DNA from: Macrostomum lignano
Lineage: Eukaryota
Direction of reading: 5' to 3'
NCBI GenBank assembly: GCA_002269645.1
Contig: NIVC01001601.1
Coordinates: 248,001-312,000, forward strand
DNA: 64,000 nt
Below are positions 60,663 through 64,000 of this stretch, one piece after another (position 1 is the stretch's first letter; the number at the start of each line of letters is the position of its first letter). The notes beneath the pieces were generated by a model that was not told the origin of the DNA, searched no databases, and saw only the letters and a list, made by a program, of their open reading frames with translations. A program made the translations under genes and the position numbers.

Positions 60663-60972
60663 CTTTCAGTTTCTTGCTCATTTCTTGCCCATGACCTCAC
60701 TATTTCCCCGTTATATTTCTCCTTCTTTAGACTCATCCTCCGTTTCTTGTGTCTGATTTCTTCTTTAACCCTACAGGCCTTACAGTATTGGCACTGCGCG
60801 CACACAGCACAGCCACAATCCCAGCTATTGGCTGTAGCCACTGGCCAATGGAAAGAGCTGAGCTGATATTGAACCAAGTAAATCTGCTGTCTTGACAGCA
60901 GATCGTACATATGCGCGAGACAGCCTGCAGCAAATTCTCAGTAGGCACCGGAAATCAATTCGAATATCTGGC

Positions 60973-62334
60973 ATGCAAAAGCAAAACCAGAGCGGCGAGT
61001 GCGCCATCCCAGTGGCCAACGAGAAGCAGCAGCATCAAGGAGACACTACCTACACTAAGATTTTCATCGGCGGCCTCGCCTACCAGACTGGCGACCGAAG
61101 TCTCAGAGAATATTTTCAACAGTTCGGCGAACTGGAAGAGGCGGTGGTGATCACCGACAGGCAGACTAACAAGAGCAGGGGCTACGGATTTGTGAGTTGT
61201 TTGATGCTGCTGCTGTGATCCCTCTGCAATGTATCCACACCTGAAAGGCAGAAAAGTACACAGAATTAGGATTTTATTTTTTTAAAGGCAACTAGCTTGC
61301 GTCAATACAGTGGCACACGCCGGGCCGAAGGCTGCCCCTTGCATGTACTAAGAGACTGGCGCCCACCAAAAGACAGGGGGCGCCCACCAAGAGACAGTGG
61401 CGCATACCAAGAGACAGGGGCGCCCACCAAGAGACAGTGGCGCATACCAAGAGACAGGAGCGCTCACCAAGAGACAGGGGCGCCCACAAAGAGACAGTGG
61501 CGCATACCAAGAGACAGGGGCGCCCACCAAGAGACAGGGGCGCCCACCAAGAGACAGGGGGCGCCCACAGAGACAGGGGCGCCCACCAAGAGACAGGGGG
61601 CGCCCACAGAGACAGGGGCGCCCACCAAGAGACAGGGGGCGCCCACCAAGAGACAGGGGCGCCCACCAAGAGACGGGCACCCATTAAGAGACAGTAACGC
61701 TTCCCCCTACAACCTCAAAAGACTGATCTTGAGAGCAGTAAATACTCTCAGTAAACACGAGTAACGGTATTTGATAAAACTTTATTACATGTACGATCGT
61801 AAGCACTATACATGGAAACGGCCCATGCATATCGTACATTAACGATGCTCTGAAATGGGATTGTAAAAGTCAGGCATTTTATTTATCTCCATATCTTAAG
61901 AAAATTTCAATCCCGCGGTGGAAGTCTGCGAGCCGACCCATCGCTGCGCAGAAACAGAAAAAATGCATTTGCACGCGTTGTTCTTTTTTCTGAACTGCAC
62001 ATACATGTACATGTAAGGTTAATGGCCACCCAGTGCATAAGGTTTATCCACGAGGTCACGAGAGCGCGTTAGCTTTTATGGGCTTTAGGATAGCGTTAGG
62101 TGCGGGACCCAATTGTCAGAATGTTTATTTTTTGGTTAATATTAGATGTGTCAGACTAAATGCATCAAAAATGAGTCTCCGCTATCAGCATGCCGTTGAA
62201 CCGCGGGCAGGTGACCATGAAGCGAGCTGACGACGCCTTTCGCGCCATTCAAGAGGCCAATCCGTGCATCGACGGGCGCAAGACTAACGTGAACCTGGCG
62301 GCCATCGGTGCGAAGCCGCGCCGCATTCCCAGCG
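60973..62334 (+). CDS. RBM24: RNA-binding protein 24/38 family RRM protein, exons 60973..61191 and 62211..62334; 3' exons uncertain (candidate Ala-rich exon 63633..63900, gene may run past the window)
   Basis: [46 protein letters not shown]|[25 protein letters not shown] is the RBM24/RBM38/SUP-12 signature. The two paralogues cannot be distinguished. Confidence 0.88.
61345..61685. repeat. 21-22-bp minisatellite (GGGCGCCCACCAAGAGACAGG)n, RBM24/38 intron 1
   Basis: Directly visible. Confidence 0.93.
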
Positions 62335-62496
62335 GTGAGCGGGCGGCTCTCGGGATTGAGTGTTGGGGTATTGCTGGGCCTGCTGACTGCTCCCCACACC
62401 CAGTTAATGAGGTTCATTTGCACTGATTTCAGCCCAACAACAGGCTCTGACTGTTGCAAGACTGCAAGCTGCCGGGTAAGTGCATATCTGCATGTG

Positions 62497-62556
<60 letters not shown>

Positions 62557-62597
62557 CATCTATCTATCTATCTATCTATCCATCTATCTATCTATCC

Positions 62598-62631
<34 letters not shown>

Positions 62632-62640
62632 TTATCTATA

Positions 62641-62681
<41 letters not shown>

Positions 62682-62693
62682 GTCTATCTATCC

Positions 62694-62767
<74 letters not shown>

Positions 62768-62772
62768 CTATA

Positions 62773-62849
<77 letters not shown>

Positions 62850-62850
62850 G
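62497..62850. repeat. (TCTA)n microsatellite, RBM24/38 intron 2
   Basis: Directly visible. Confidence 0.97.
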
Positions 62851-64000
62851 ACTATCAATCACACAAAGGTGTGCAAATTATCCACTAATTGTGTCCATAC
62901 GAAGCCAGCAGTCCGTAGGCTCTTAACACCAACAGCCCGGGTCTGTCCGACCGCGGCATAGTGGGGGAGGCAGCAGCAACAACTTATAATTGCCGAATCC
63001 TTCCTCATCGCGGCAGTCACGGACAGCCAGCAGCTGAAATTTCTACCCGGCATGGTTAGCAAAAATCAGAAACAAATAATTCCCAGACAGCCTGACTGAC
63101 AGGCGCAAATGTATTTTATAATGCAGCGGAGAGAGCTGCTTTTCAAGTTCGCGGACTGCTTCGCCTCCAGTGGAATGGCGCACCAGAAGTGCACCAATTC
63201 AGAGATCGTCCTGAATGGCTTTATGCTGAAGAACTGATCGACTGATCGAGCTTAAAACTTAACAAACTCGAATCTTCACAGAAATGGAAATCGAACTGCA
63301 AGCTCTGCACCCCGGCTTACACATGTATAATCGCCGAAAATATGCTTTGCTTATCTTCTCATAAGCAACCTTAAACAGGAGGAGCCAATTGTCTTCTCCT
63401 CCAGAGCTAAATGTAGTACAGAGCCCTGCTTATCTCTGACAGCTCAATCAGGGGCTTAACGTATTTAGTTTTGCGTTCCGGCAGATCCGATTTGTGAACA
63501 GCACAGATGGCTTGGATCACAGGGGAATTCCTGTGCGGGGGGTAAATTTTATTCCTGTTTTTCTACTGTAAGTAGAAGGTGTGGAAATTTTCGGCCTGAA
63601 TTGATGCTCCAGCTTACACCTGTTCCTTATAGGCTCCATCAGCCTTTCTCACCTGCCTGCTCTGCGCCATATTACCACTGTCATCAGCTGCTCGCCGCCA
63701 GCACCGCCGTCGGGGGGCTGGTTTCCATGGCAACCGGGCCTCAGCTGGCAGCCGCCGCGGCCGCCGCAGCCGCCGCAGCCACAGCGGCAATGAGCCCCGC
63801 GACTGCTGCGGCGGGAGCCCCCTGCTGCTACTGGCCGAGTCAGGAGCTGCCGCCTGCGGCCGCTGACTGCGGAGCCTCCGCCGCGCTGCAACTGCTTCAG
63901 GTGAGCGGCGTCAGGAAGCTGAGAGGCTAGAGTAGGTTCAAAGTGGTGTTAAAGTAAATGCAGAGTGAGGGTAGTGTGAATAGAGATTGAGAGTAGAGTA

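Noticed and set aside
58255-60866. Three 809-837-aa hydrophobic + strand ORFs
   Set aside because: They are translations of a stop-free pyrimidine minisatellite (only F/L/S/C/A/V/R); no coding signal.
1-64000. rRNA, tRNA, snRNA or SL RNA genes
   Set aside because: No recognisable conserved motifs seen; a tRNAscan/Infernal run would be needed to exclude them formally.

Overview
Eukaryotic (metazoan) genomic DNA, not prokaryotic: GC-rich spliced exons, AT-rich intergenic DNA and very many tandem arrays. The style resembles a free-living flatworm such as Macrostomum; this is an inference, not a search result. I rebuilt six + strand multi-exon genes by hand from GT-AG sites and reading phase: KLHL8, a divergent MCMDC2-like protein with a Gly/Phe/Asn-rich N-terminus, DCAF10, WDR53, LARP1 (with a damaged DM15 region), and the 5' part of RBM24/38. 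Mobile DNA includes two tail-to-tail Ty3/gypsy ends, a hAT MITE, a dead mariner carrying a nested MITE, a second MITE with the same CCCTAT termini and 8-bp TSD, a foldback element, two LINE fragments, a Crypton-like remnant and a hAT transposase remnant. The most striking pattern is that all 18 reconstructed coding introns hold a tandem array, nearly all with different units, while the long AT-rich upstream regions are almost array-free and carry TAGGCCTA clusters. Most long ORFs in the supplied track are repeat artefacts. I found no rRNA, tRNA or CRISPR. All protein-family calls come from recalled motifs, not database searches.
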